Positions 21,766 through 33,299 of a stretch of DNA of 64,000 nt are shown here, one piece after another. This DNA is from Lingula anatina (taxonomy: Eukaryota > Animalia > Brachiopoda). The translations under genes and the position numbers were made by a program. The notes beneath the pieces are model-generated. The model searched no databases. It was not told where the DNA came from and saw nothing but the letters and a program-made list of their open reading frames with translations. Where the stretch lies: positions 11,616,567-11,680,566 of the forward strand of contig CM120644.1 in assembly GCA_051362555.1 (NCBI GenBank). The letters are read 5' to 3'. Numbering within the stretch: position 1 is the first letter of the stretch; each line of letters starts with the position of its first letter.

Positions 21766-22157
21766 TTAGTCATTTACTTTAACCATCTGGGGGATGGATC
21801 CTGATAAATAGGCCAATTTTCCGACTAGAAATTTGACAAAGGTGCAGTTTAAAACATCTTTTTTGGCAGAACGAGGGATAAATTTGGTTTATGACTTGGT
21901 ATGTCGACTTTTTTGTCATATAAGAAACTAGGAAAGGTGGATTATATGTGTTACTGGAAATCCACACTCGCGTAAGGCCCTAAAACGAGTCCAGTGCACA
22001 AACAAGCGACACCATTAGAATTAATTTACAAGTAGGGGGATTTTTTTTTTTTTTTTTTTTTGTGTGAACTGAGCAGTATATAATCTTGCAACAAGCCAAA
22101 GCCATTTGCGTGAACTATTTCCGTAACAAGATTTTTTCTTCTTCAATATTATATTAA

Positions 22158-22494
22158 AGGAATAATAACTCTTCGTTTTGGGCAAAAAATGAATTTTCCT
22201 AGAGTAAACAACGATTTTCCCATACTTACCAATGGTTAATGAATCCATTTTTACATTCAAAGCTAGAACCTGTTTTTTTCTAAAACGTTTTTTTTTTTTG
22301 TTATAATCTCTTAAGAGATTATAACAGAGTATAGCCATCAATGGAGGTCACGTGGTCTAAAGACAAGCCCAGATATCAGAATAATAGCTATAACTGCCGT
22401 TTTTGTGGTACAACAGAATATATTATATTTCTTTGAGTTGTTCACAATGTTTTTATTATGAAACATAGATCTCATACGAAGAGATATTATCCCT
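22158..22494 (+). mobile_element. Kolobok-like MITE family B (337 bp)
   Basis: TTAA on both sides; TIR AGG(A/G)ATAATAACTCTTCGT; nearly identical to 27492-27828. Confidence 0.85.
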
Positions 22495-22805
22495 TTAACA
22501 TTGACGTCGATATATTTGATATAAACCCGCATTGCATTAAAAGACATAGAATTATTAATGTCCCGGTGTAACATAAAAGAGAGTCCCCCACTGCATGATA
22601 GAGACCGCTTCCCATTCATTTGTACAGGTAAGCCTCGCCCCAGATTTTGACCCACTTAGGTCGGGCTAACCCTAGCCATTATTACTAAAGGGACGGCGGA
22701 CTTTCTGTTACACGCACCCTCAGTTTTGTTACACCTGCGTACCAAAAAAGCGTTCAACATTGTTGTATAAACTTATTTCCCTGTTGCAGTTTACATAAAG
22801 CGGCC

Positions 22806-23176
22806 ATGCAACATTTAACGAGAAGATTCATCTGTATTTTAATTACTTGTATGGTGCTCGTGCTGATGTACCTCTGGGACAGGAAGTTCTTAGGTAAGTG
22901 CAAGGGTGCATATATTATACTTTGGTAAACAGTCATGCATTAACGCTTGCTTCAGCCGTCCACAGGATAGCCAAAGTATACCTGCAGCAGAAGCGAGCAG
23001 ATTCAGACTGTTCCATGGCCAGTGTTTAGTCCCGACATGACTCCCACTGAGCACGCCTACCACCGTCATAGAGTTTAGAGCTGCACGGTGAGAAAGAATG
23101 GACAGGGATGCCTCAGTTCTTTAGGCAACACTGTTGTATGAAAAAGTGTGTTAAAAGCATACACATAACAAACGTT

Positions 23177-23211
<35 letters not shown>

Positions 23212-25497
23212 TTGGGGGAGGGGGGCTAGTATACTTACAGACCACACTCCTAAAATTCCACATTTCACTGTCATTGTCCAGATAAACCTGACAGATTTTT
23301 TTTTTCAGATTTAAACGGACTATATGTACCTAAAACGAAGAACGCTGATAGAAGAGCCAAAGACATGGACATTTCTGGTATCTTGAAACAGGTAAGACGC
23401 CATGCAGGATGGAAGAATGGCAATAGTCCCTTTAAAACTAATTAATACGTTCTGTAAATTTGTGTACCTCATTGGGTAAAACCGGAGTGCCTTTGTCTGA
23501 GTCCTGTTTCACAAAACGCCTGAAGTCGGTTTTTTGGGCTAACATCGCAGCTTTAATAGAAAAAGCCGACTAAGACCCCATTCCCATACCTAGATCGATC
23601 TAGCGGGATCGGTCCATCTCCGAGGGGATTCTCGCTAAATTCCTCCCCCTTTCCTCCAGTGACAAACCATGGCGTTGGCGCATGGCTAGAGAATGCCTCA
23701 GTCAAAGGTCTTGCAGTGTTATTCTCACGATGTCTATTCACATAGGTGATTGTAAGCATGCTATCTGTTAGTTTTCGCCTGAGTATAACCCCGAGGAAGT
23801 GCTGTGCCCGAGGAATTTTCCTCGGTTTTACTTATTTCACCACCCAAAGTACAGTAATCTTAATTATCACTTTTAACGACCGCAAAATTGATTTTATTGC
23901 AACACAGTTAAAGTAGAAATGTCATCCAATACGAAAAATAACTTTGTCCATGAACTTCTATAATGTAATGAAAGAGGGCATGGTTCAAACTTTTGCATCT
24001 TAAATGACGCTTTTTTTGTAGTATAATGTAGCATTTTAATATTATCTCGGACGAATAAAACAAAAGGGGTTGGGACGTGGCATCTACCTTTGATTATAAT
24101 CAGTGCCTGCTGCGGCTGTGTCAAGAGAAGTTTCTCTATATCTTTGCATTAATTATATACTTTCTCATGGTCTTGTGGTCGCTATGATATAGCATTGCCG
24201 CCATCTTGAATGCTGCTTGCGGTTAGACGTGGAAATTTATTCGATCTTTTCTGTATTTTTTCCACTTAATCTCAAAAATAAAGGTTTTTCATACCCTTTA
24301 ACTTTTATCTGTTCGTTATTATTACAGCACCGCCATAAAACACCAAACAATATGTAGATATGGACATATCTGATTACATACATGCTAAAATTGCACATGA
24401 CAAAAGTTTACAACCTCGCGGGAATTTTTCACCATGGCGTTCTTTGTCGTCCACGTTTTATTCGTCTAAGATGTTACTGAATATATGCTAGATTAAATAC
24501 GTGTTTCGATTTTGGTTTATCTATTTAATTCCATTTTTTTTCATAAAGTATGATAAACGCGGTAATGTAATACTGGCACGCCTGAATTGGCTTCTAAAAC
24601 GACGGGTTGATAATAATGTTTTTAAACAGTGGTAGTATACAATAGTGTATTTATCTTTAAAATTCTCTTCTTTTTTAGAAATATCATTGGGATAAAGTTC
24701 CTGGAGAATGGTTGGAAACTATGAAACGGAGAAGACAAATGTTATTTCAGATGTGCAAGGATCAGAATGAAACCATTAGACCGGGAGCACCAGTTGAAGT
24801 GAAGAAACATCCTATTCCAGACAGAACCTTTGTCGAAGACATCTATCAAATAGTTCTGTGTCCCATGGCAAAAGCAGCAAGTAAAACCTGGTTGAAGATA
24901 TATTTCAAACTAAACAAGCAGATGAACACATCTGCGTTACATAATGACTGGATATCAGGCCATCTTATTCACGTGCATAATCTTAACAAGTACACTGAAT
25001 TTGGTATCAACACACGCCTTAATACCTATCTTAAAATAATGACAGTCCGTCACCCTCTGATCCGTCTTGTGTCGGTGTATCACGAACAAGTGGCACCTCA
25101 CGGATCTCAATTTGAGAGGTACGTGAAGCGCTTTATCGAGAAGACAGAAGGGAGAAAAATCCAGTCTGTTACATTTGAAGACTTCCTGCGTTACGCCATC
25201 CAAACTCCAAATATGCATTGGGATCCGTTCATTAAATTTTGTGATCCGTGCCATATAGATTATGATCTGTTGATATATTTCGAAACTCTGGCAGACGACG
25301 CCAAAAACACGCTGATTCTTTTGGGTGCAGACGACATGATCAAACTCCCGCCATCACATCGTGCAGATAAAATGTCGGCTGACGACGAAGCTCGAAAACA
25401 TTATGATGGTGTAGACAGAGAGCTACTGAAACGAGTTATCGCAATGTACGGGATTGAAGAAAAGTACTTTGGATACAACTTGAGTTTATTTTCATGA
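22806..25497 (+). CDS. Carbohydrate sulfotransferase (CHST11-like), paralog 2
   Basis: Exons 22806-22893 (MQHLTRRFICILITCMVLVLMYLWDRKFL), 23309-23391, 24679-25497; same phases and motifs as paralog 1; open frame intact. Confidence 0.85.
23574..23640 (+). mobile_element. MITE family A-related terminal fragment (another at ~26005-26056)
   Basis: gaccccattcccatacctagatcgatc terminus preceded by TAA. Confidence 0.6.
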
Positions 25498-26938
25498 AGT
25501 AAACATACATGCACGCTTTATTAGTGTTCAACTTTGATTCAAAGGTGATCGAAATATTGTAAAGTACGTGGTTCGAAAGATTTGGGAGGGACGTATCCAG
25601 ATAAATAGCACAATTTGCCGACAAGACATTTGACGAAGGTCCCATTTTAAAGCTATTTTGGGGTGAAACGAGGGATTCATTTGGTTTTTGACTTGGCATG
25701 TCGAATTTATTTTGTCGTATGTGAAACTAGGAAAAGTGATTCATATGCGTTAATGGAAATCACGCTCGCTTTATATGTTACTTTAAAAGTTAATACGGTT
25801 TTCAGCTGACATCTAACACAGTGTTTTTTGAAAATATTCAATAGAAAGAGCCAATGTTCATTAAAGTCATGAAATGTCTCTTTTGGGAAAAATCCATGAG
25901 CAACGTTCAGTTTGAAATTTGCGCACATACAGTAAGCTCATCAAGACCTTTTCAAAGAACGCACTGACACCACCGCCATGTTATCTTTTCCACCTTCATA
26001 ATTTTGACTGGGTTCCCATACCTAAATCGATCTAACAGGATCGATCCATCTCCGAGGTGCTTAAACACTGCTTTATCTGGGATTATATGCGCTTTTGTTT
26101 GATTTATCGTAGTTTCTATTTCCAGTATTTCAGCTATAAATAAGGTTGCTGGTATTGATAACTTGTACTACGTTTCCTAGCGGACTTCCATTCTTGTTAC
26201 ACCGAAACTTTTGCGCCGCTTTTCCGTCGTTGTGACTGATTTGTAGCCACGTACTTTTTATTTCTGGTAGCCACTTCTGGCTGTCGGTTTTATTTACCAT
26301 CTGAAAAACGTAAGATACCGAAGAGGTCTAAAATGGATATTCGTGTATTTCTATGATTTTGTTGGCCTTAATCTCAAGATTCATCATTATGAAATATCAA
26401 TATTCTGTACATCATTCTTTGAGTAAATAATGATTTGTAAAAATGTCTTACTGTCTTAATGGATCAATTTTTAAAGAAAAAAAAATGTCAACTTCAAGTC
26501 ACCGTAGCAAGCTGACTGTTAGTGTCAACCATTAAAACTGTTGTTGACACGTAGGTTATCTATACCTGAAGACATAGATACTGATCAACAGATCCTAACT
26601 GTACTCTATAATTAACTAGACTTGGTGCGTTCCTCCAGCCTTGTGATCAGAGGTGTCATCCGGCTAGCCGTGGATGACACTTGAGTAAAAGAATAAAAAT
26701 ACCTCCCTTGATTGCAATCAAGCCACTGGATGATTAATCTACCTGTACAAAATAATCAATCGCCTGGACTCCTCCCTTCGAGCCCTATAATTATCTGTGC
26801 GTCATCAGGAATTAATCTACCGGTACGATCTCGCTCCTGTTTCTCTTTTTTTGTACTAATTATACCGTATGGCAATCAGCTGTGACCTGTACCTCAGTAA
26901 ACAATAGAGTGCACGCGCGGGTCCAGGCTTCAGGTGTG

Positions 26939-26980
26939 TATAAAAAGCCACGGGTTGGCGGTAAGTTTCACACATTCAGC
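26939..26980 (+). promoter_or_regulatory. TATA box and candidate initiator of the HTH gene
   Basis: TATAAAAAG at 26939-26947; CATTCA at 26973-26978, about 30 nt downstream and just before ATG 26985. Confidence 0.65.
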
Positions 26981-26984
26981 AGTC

Positions 26985-28114
26985 ATGCCTCTGAACAACA
27001 CCAAAGCACGCTCTACACTTGCAGTTGCCGGGAAATCCGCAGCCACTTCCTCCAAGGGTGGCCAAGGGAAAGGAACAAGTGGAGGAACATCCAAGAAGCA
27101 GTCACAGACCGCCTCTGGGAAAAGCGCCGCCGCTGCCAAGAAGCAAAATACAAAGGGGAAGAAAACCAAAGGGATGCTGCCACCAGGGAAAAAATTCGAA
27201 TCCCAGCATTATGATATCATTCGAAAAACGATGAAGAGAAACCCCTGGACCAGCGCCGCAAAGCTGCAAAGCATTCTGTACAAGAAAACAGGTGAGACGA
27301 AATTTTCCTGTAGTATTTGTTACTGACCACGACTACTCCCTATTATAACTTGACGTTACATTCTTACATTAATTTAGTCCAATGGCTGCAAGTTGCTGGT
27401 AGATAATGAATAAAATAAATGTTAAATCCTCATTAGCACTACGCATGCATTTTTCATTTAGTCTTTACTCAGTCTTGATATTAATCATTAAAGGGATAAT
27501 AACTCTTCGTTTTGGCCAAAAAATGAATTTTCCTGGAGTAAACAACAATTTTCCCATACTTACCAATGGTTAATGAATCCATTTTTACATTCAAAGTTGG
27601 CCCTCGGTTTTTTTCTAAAAAGTTTGTTTTTTTGTTAAAATCTCTTAAGAGATTTTAACAGAGTATAGCCATCAATGGAGGTCACGTGGTCTAAAGACAA
27701 GTTCAGATATCAGAATAATAGCTATAACTGCCGTTTTTGTAGTAAAACAGAATATATTATATTTCTATGAGTTATTCACAATGTTGTTATTGTGAAATAT
27801 AGATCTCATACGAAGAGTTATTATCCCTTTAAGTTCAAATTAGCTATTACGCTTATATCATAGTCGTTATTATCTAAAAATTTAATAGCAATGTACATTC
27901 ATTTATTTCAGGCCTTGACGTCAGTGAGTCCAGCATTAGCAAGGTGAGACATAAGCTCGGTTGCCCCCCTGCCAAACCTAGGTTCGTTTACGTGCCCGCT
28001 TTGGACGAGAGGAATAATCCGAACAGTCCTCTTTACAAGCCCCCAGTAAATGCACCAGCCCCCTACCGCCCAGATTTCCTTAGCAGCAGAATTTCTGGTG
28101 GTGCAAGGTTTTAA
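26985..28114 (+). CDS. 169-aa basic protein: K/G/S/A-rich histone-tail-like N-terminus plus Tc1/IS630 transposase-type helix-turn-helix, no DDE domain
   Basis: Exons 26985-27291 (ACAG|gtgaga) and 27912-28114 (tttcag|GC), phase 1, join in frame: ...QHYDIIRKTMKRNPWTSAAKLQSILYKKTG|LDVSESSISKVRHKLGCPPAKPRFVYVPALDERNN...GARF*. Pattern matches the second Tc1 HTH (K.NP..TA..LQ..L...G..VS.STI.R.LH..G...R.P...P.L..RN). Supported by TATA box and 3' signals. Confidence 0.8.
27492..27828 (+). mobile_element. Kolobok-like MITE family B (337 bp) in the intron of the HTH gene
   Basis: 19-bp perfect TIR AGGGATAATAACTCTTCGT; TTAA TSD at 27488-27491 and 27829-27832. Confidence 0.9.
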
Positions 28115-28145
28115 TGCAGCATATGTAGGAAGTTATCATATTCCT

Positions 28146-28186
28146 CCAAACAGCCCTTTTCAGGGCTACCCATTGATCAAGAAAAG
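28146..28186 (+). terminator. Histone mRNA-type 3' stem-loop plus histone downstream element (U7-type 3' processing signal)
   Basis: CCAAAC-AGCCCT-TTTC-AGGGCT-ACCCA (stem 28152-28167) followed by CAAGAAAAG (28178-28186), 37 nt after the stop codon; AATAAA also at 28212 and 28238. Confidence 0.85.
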
Positions 28187-29326
28187 CTAAACCACTTGTT
28201 TATTTATATTTAATAAAATATTTATTTATTATTTGGCAATAAAATGTTATGGATAAAGTTTGAATACACACAATATAAATTATTTAACAGTTGATAATAG
28301 TTCGAGGAAACAAACTAAAATTAGAAGTAAATTTATTAATTATACTCTCAGGTTCACTGGTTCTTTCGTCTACCTGTTGGGTTAACGCTGCTGCAAAACA
28401 GACGCTTCTTTTTCATATAATTATTCAGATGAATAGATTTCATCATACTATAATTTTTTAATTCGCATAAGATGATAAAACTGTGAGAAAAAAACTAAAT
28501 TTATCCAGAGCTAAGTCTACAATGGCAATGACCACCATCCTATTGGGATAACTGCTGCTCATTTGGCCATACACCGATTTTCCTGGGGTGAACGTCAATT
28601 TCTCGTTCTCACCAATGGCAAATTAATCCGTTCCAAAATTCAAAGTTAGTCCATGTTTTGTTTTTCTATGACCTCTTTAAATATTATTTCCAAGGGTAAC
28701 CATCTATGAATGTCACATTGAGCGATGACAAGAACCCATTCCCGATTTATATTTTTCTTTGGTATTTGCTGGAACCTTTAGGCCTCAAACTTTATGCAAA
28801 ATCTACTGTAAACATGTCTCCCGTAATTGAGTACAAAGAAACTACAGAATACGAAATTGTTTTCTTTATATATTTTTCAATTAGAAGATGTACCTTGGGC
28901 TGCTGCCCAATACATATATATCAATACACTGCAAGTAATTTTTAATAACTGACATTACAAAAAATAAAGCTCACAAATATGCATTTTTTTCTATCCAAAA
29001 GTAAACAATGATATATTTATTATATGAATCCTGTACTTTTGATTTAACTACAATTCATAAACAAAATCAAAGAACTAAATACCAAGAAATACACTAAATA
29101 TTCAGTTTATAAAAGATATAATTCATCAATAACATTCATTTCAATGCATTAAAAATGATCCATATATATTGCATACATAGTATGTCAATAAAAATTATGC
29201 AAAAATATTTATTATTGCATATAATAAACTGTTAGTACATCAGTTTCAAGGTTACAGTCAACTGTAGTTGTCATGGTAACACAGACGTACCAGTACTTCC
29301 ACACAAGTGTCAGGACAGATTCCAAC

Positions 29327-29564
29327 GAGACCATTCTCACAGATATTTGGATCGATCTATCTCCCTGGGGAGTCTCACCAAATTGTTGTCAACTGAAATG
29401 TCTGTCACGTTTGGTAAAGCTGTTAAGGGGTAATTATCTTTACCCCTATCTGATTCAGTAGTTGTGACAGACATTTAAGCCTCTTGAGCTGATAGCAATT
29501 TAGCGAGAACCCCCAGGGAGTTAGGTCAATCCAGATGGATCGATCTAAGTATGGGAACCCAGTC
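29327..29564 (+). mobile_element. MITE family A, diverged subfamily
   Basis: gagaccattctcacagatatttggatcgatc ... gatcgatctaagtatgggaacccagtc; similar to reverse complement of 39438-39663. Confidence 0.75.
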
Positions 29565-30293
29565 AATGGGTCGTTCTCATTGATCTCACAGATATGAAAT
29601 ATACCCTATGAAACAGCAAAAAATAATAATGCTCTCTGTGTAAGGTGTGTTCAGTTCCTTCCCTTATTTTGTAGCTGCTCAAAGAGTAACTTCATGTAGA
29701 AATCTTTTTTTTCTCTGACTGGTCAGTTGCAATATAAACTGGAGGCGAGGGGAACTTACAGTGGCTCGTCTTTATTGTTCCTTCATGCCTTGGTAGTCAA
29801 CAGGAATAACAAATCTAACAATGTACAATACCTCAAGAGCTCTGCTTCACCTCTGGTCATGGTCTGAATGTGGTGTATTCTTCAAAATACACTTGGGACT
29901 GGGTTTACATTACAAGCATTGAAACCACAAAATGAATAAGTAAATAAATAAATGGGAAATTACGTTACACTAATAAACTTTTCATTTCCACAAAAAATAA
30001 AGCTGTGCCTTACAGAGCTTTTGGCCACTCTATGACTTTCCTCAGTGTGTATTACTATGAGACTGATTTATTAAACGTGTGAGGAACCACTTTATTTTAG
30101 TGTAGAAAATGTGCAGTCCTTTCGCATGATCAACAGACTAAATGGATGAATTTGGATCAGAAAAATGGAAATTATCTTTTAAAATCTTTAAAATTCTGTG
30201 CAATGTACAAAATTGCCAAGTTAATGTTTGCATACAGATATAAATCATACATTTATATACAGTCATGAATAACCAGTGATGAGAATAAGTCAT

Positions 30294-31745
30294 TCACAAT
30301 GCCTGTGCTTCTTCATATGTAGGTGGGGCAGGCAGATGCTCCTGTCCATCAGATGTAGGGGGCAGAGCTTCAGGGGGTGGCCCTTCAAATATGGGTGGAG
30401 CTTCTGTAGGCTGTCCCTCACCTGTAGGTGGTACATACTGGGGAGGGTATTCATCAGCCTGTGGCTGTGAATTGATTTGTTCAGTTTGTGAGGTATCTTG
30501 AGAATGAGCTGCATATTGAGATGGTTGCCCTGGAGACAGTTCCCCTGGTGACGGTTGCGCTGGATTATACTGATGTGCAGGATAAACCGAAGAACAAGAC
30601 TGAGCATTTTGCTGGACCCCATTTTGTAAATCTTGTTGAGTAATGTCCCAGTAACTTGGGGGTGCCCCTGCATTCGAGTCTTGGTTAGAAGAAGTTGCAG
30701 TTCCACTGAGATTAGCACTATCTGACTGGTATGTGAGGGTGGTCCCATGAGGTGTGTTGAAATACACTGTTGTCCCAGGCTGTGCTCTAAAAAAGTAATG
30801 AGAAATGAATTATTATTTTCAGATTCCTTGTGGTATAATTTCATCTATCTCAGTCTTATTTATAAACACAAATATACAGCTAAACAGGAAAAAGTATTTT
30901 ATTATAAAAAGAATGAAGTGATGAAAAGAGAGAGAGAATGAGAGGAGAGAGAAAATTTCATGGGAGTCAAACTGAGTCAAGTACAAGAGGAATTCATCAA
31001 ACTGGACTGTTTGCTAACAGCAACTACATTTACACTGTAAACAATTAAGTCAGAATTTGTACTTCCTAGTATAAAACTAACAAACTGATTTTAATCATCA
31101 TTATCTTTATTAATGATGTTTTTGCTGTTGTATTTCTTAATATCACAGGGATGAATGATTAGTTAAGAATTATGAACATGGTGTGTGTGTGTGTGTGCGT
31201 ACATGCACGTGTGTGTGTGTGGGCATATGTTTAAGTAAAACCAGCCTGTGTTCTTACCCAGCAGTAAACTGTGGCTGTCCCTCAGGGTCGTATGCTGCCG
31301 TAACAGTCTGTAGCACAGCGCCCTGTGTCCTACGCTGCCAAACCTTACACAGAATAATCCCAGAGAGCAGAAACAGCCCCATCAGAACACCTGTGGCTAT
31401 ACTTCCACCAGATATCCCTGATGTGACCAGCACTCCAGTGGGGACGGCAAATAGAACACCACATATAATTAAAAAACAGGCACATATGCGTTGTCTCTGG
31501 TCTGGCACTGATGTCTGAGATTGTATGGCAAAGCTCGCTGTGGTTCCTGCTGAAGGAATCGCTGGACCACTAGGTTGGTTACGGCCAGAAAATAAATTGC
31601 CAAGGTGCAATGTCACGTTACCATGGTGCCTGTGGATACGGTGGTGATGTCTGCGGTGGTTTGTGTGATGGGCACGATGATGTGCTCGTGCACGATGGCG
31701 ACGGCGATGAGCTCTTCCTCTGCGTCCCCGTTCTCCACTTCCCAT
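30294..31745 (-). CDS. Uncharacterised ~326-aa membrane protein: His/Arg-rich N-terminus, two TM helices, Pro/Gln-rich tail with PPxY motifs
   Basis: Exons 31745-31258 (GG|gtaag) and 30786-30294 (ttag|A), phase 2 join in frame; hydrophobic segments ICACFLIICGVLFAVPTGVLVT and SIATGVLMGLFLLSGIILC; PPSY, PPQY, PPTY. Upstream acceptor at ~31770 and candidate non-coding exon donor at ~32552. Confidence 0.8.
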
Positions 31746-33258
31746 CAGTATTACTATGTTGTTCAAACCCTAGTCAATGAGACAAGTAATAAAAACATAC
31801 TGTTGTTTAGGTAAGTGTAATTTTTTTTTTTTTTTTGGGGGGGGGGGGATACACTGTTCAATTTAAGTGAAAACAATGCACAACCTACAGCACTACTTAT
31901 GCTCATTGTCATCTATGAAAGAGAGAGCTCTTTGTTCATCAAGAATAACCTGATATTGTCAAAATAAAATTTAAAACATTTGGCCATGTTTTTAAATGGA
32001 CCAGTCAGCATAAGACAAATAATAATGTCAAAATGTAATGAAAGTTTCCAGTTAACAAATTACTCAGTGGCATATATGACACAGACTTCATTCAACTAAG
32101 GAAAAAATTCAGTTACAGGGGGGGGGGGGGGGGGGGGGGGGCATTCTAAGAAAATTTACGTGCAGGTAGTTAAACTCAACATAAGGAAATACAGTTTTAC
32201 TGTGAGAATAGCAAACCTTTCATATGAAATAGCCTACCACACCAAGTGGTGAATGCTGAATCAATAAATCATTTCAAAACTAGATTAGATAAGCACGTGT
32301 GCAAGAGGACTTTAAAAATTATAGAGCAGAGTTTAAGACTCAGAGTGCCGGAAGTAATAAAAATCTTATATCACAACTTTTACAGTCTGACGAAGAGTGC
32401 ACGGTCAGAAAAATCACCATAAGTAACCGTAAGTACGGTAAGTGTGTCATCTTTGACTTTGAAGATTCACTTGAAAAAAGTATTATATATAGTTGAAATC
32501 TGGCCAATATATTAAATAGAAAACAATAAAAAAACTGCCTGCAAGTTCTTACCTCTGTAGTTAAGTGTGGCAGGTATTAATTCAATACTTGAACTGACTA
32601 TGTGCGATCAATTTTGGGGAATCAGAGGTAGGTGTGACGACCCCTTGAGATGTATTATTTACAAATATTTTGCAATCGGCCGATATGGGTCTCCTTTGCG
32701 AAAGAGCAAAAGAGCACTGTTGTAGATGGCGCTACTGCAATACGATACTGTGAAATAACAGAAACTCATTCGTGGCGTATAGTATGCGTCTGAGCAAATG
32801 GATCCATAAATATCCTAACGCAAGGTGTTTGCTAAATCATATGTCATTTTAACGATAAGAAGAGAGTGATGAGTTTTTGTAAATATGAGAGAAACTTTTG
32901 TTTTGTTTTTAATTATTTGCTAATAAACGTAATATTGTGTAATGTTTTCACATTTCCCCTTTTTTGAATTAATTTCTCTCCCCCCCCTCTTATATAAGTA
33001 TATCTCGTTATCAGTTTCCTTTTCAGAAAGATTCATCACCCTTTATCAATTGACTTGATTGTCTGACTAGCTAAGCGAGACTTAACCGGCCCCGGTTCAT
33101 CCATTTATATCATCATTTTCACAAGTCGGCAGACTTTTTCCACACCCTCCCTTTAGATTGTACAAGGTCAATGGTGAAAGGCTAAAAATAACGCACTTAA
33201 ACAGAAATTTGGATCATTTTTATCATTTTTCAAAAGCGTTTAGATGGCATTAACCCCC

Positions 33259-33299
<41 letters not shown>

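Noticed and set aside
26522-26690. Hairpins considered as Helitron 3' ends that might have carried the HTH gene
   Set aside because: No CTRR terminus at the expected distance and no matching element boundaries or TSDs found around the gene.
26934-27326. Unspliced 130-aa ORF from the track; also considered as linker histone H1
   Set aside because: Its GTG start lies upstream of the TATA box and its end reads into the intron; the spliced product lacks the H1 signatures (GSS...I.KY, KG.GASGSF) and fits a Tc1-type HTH better.
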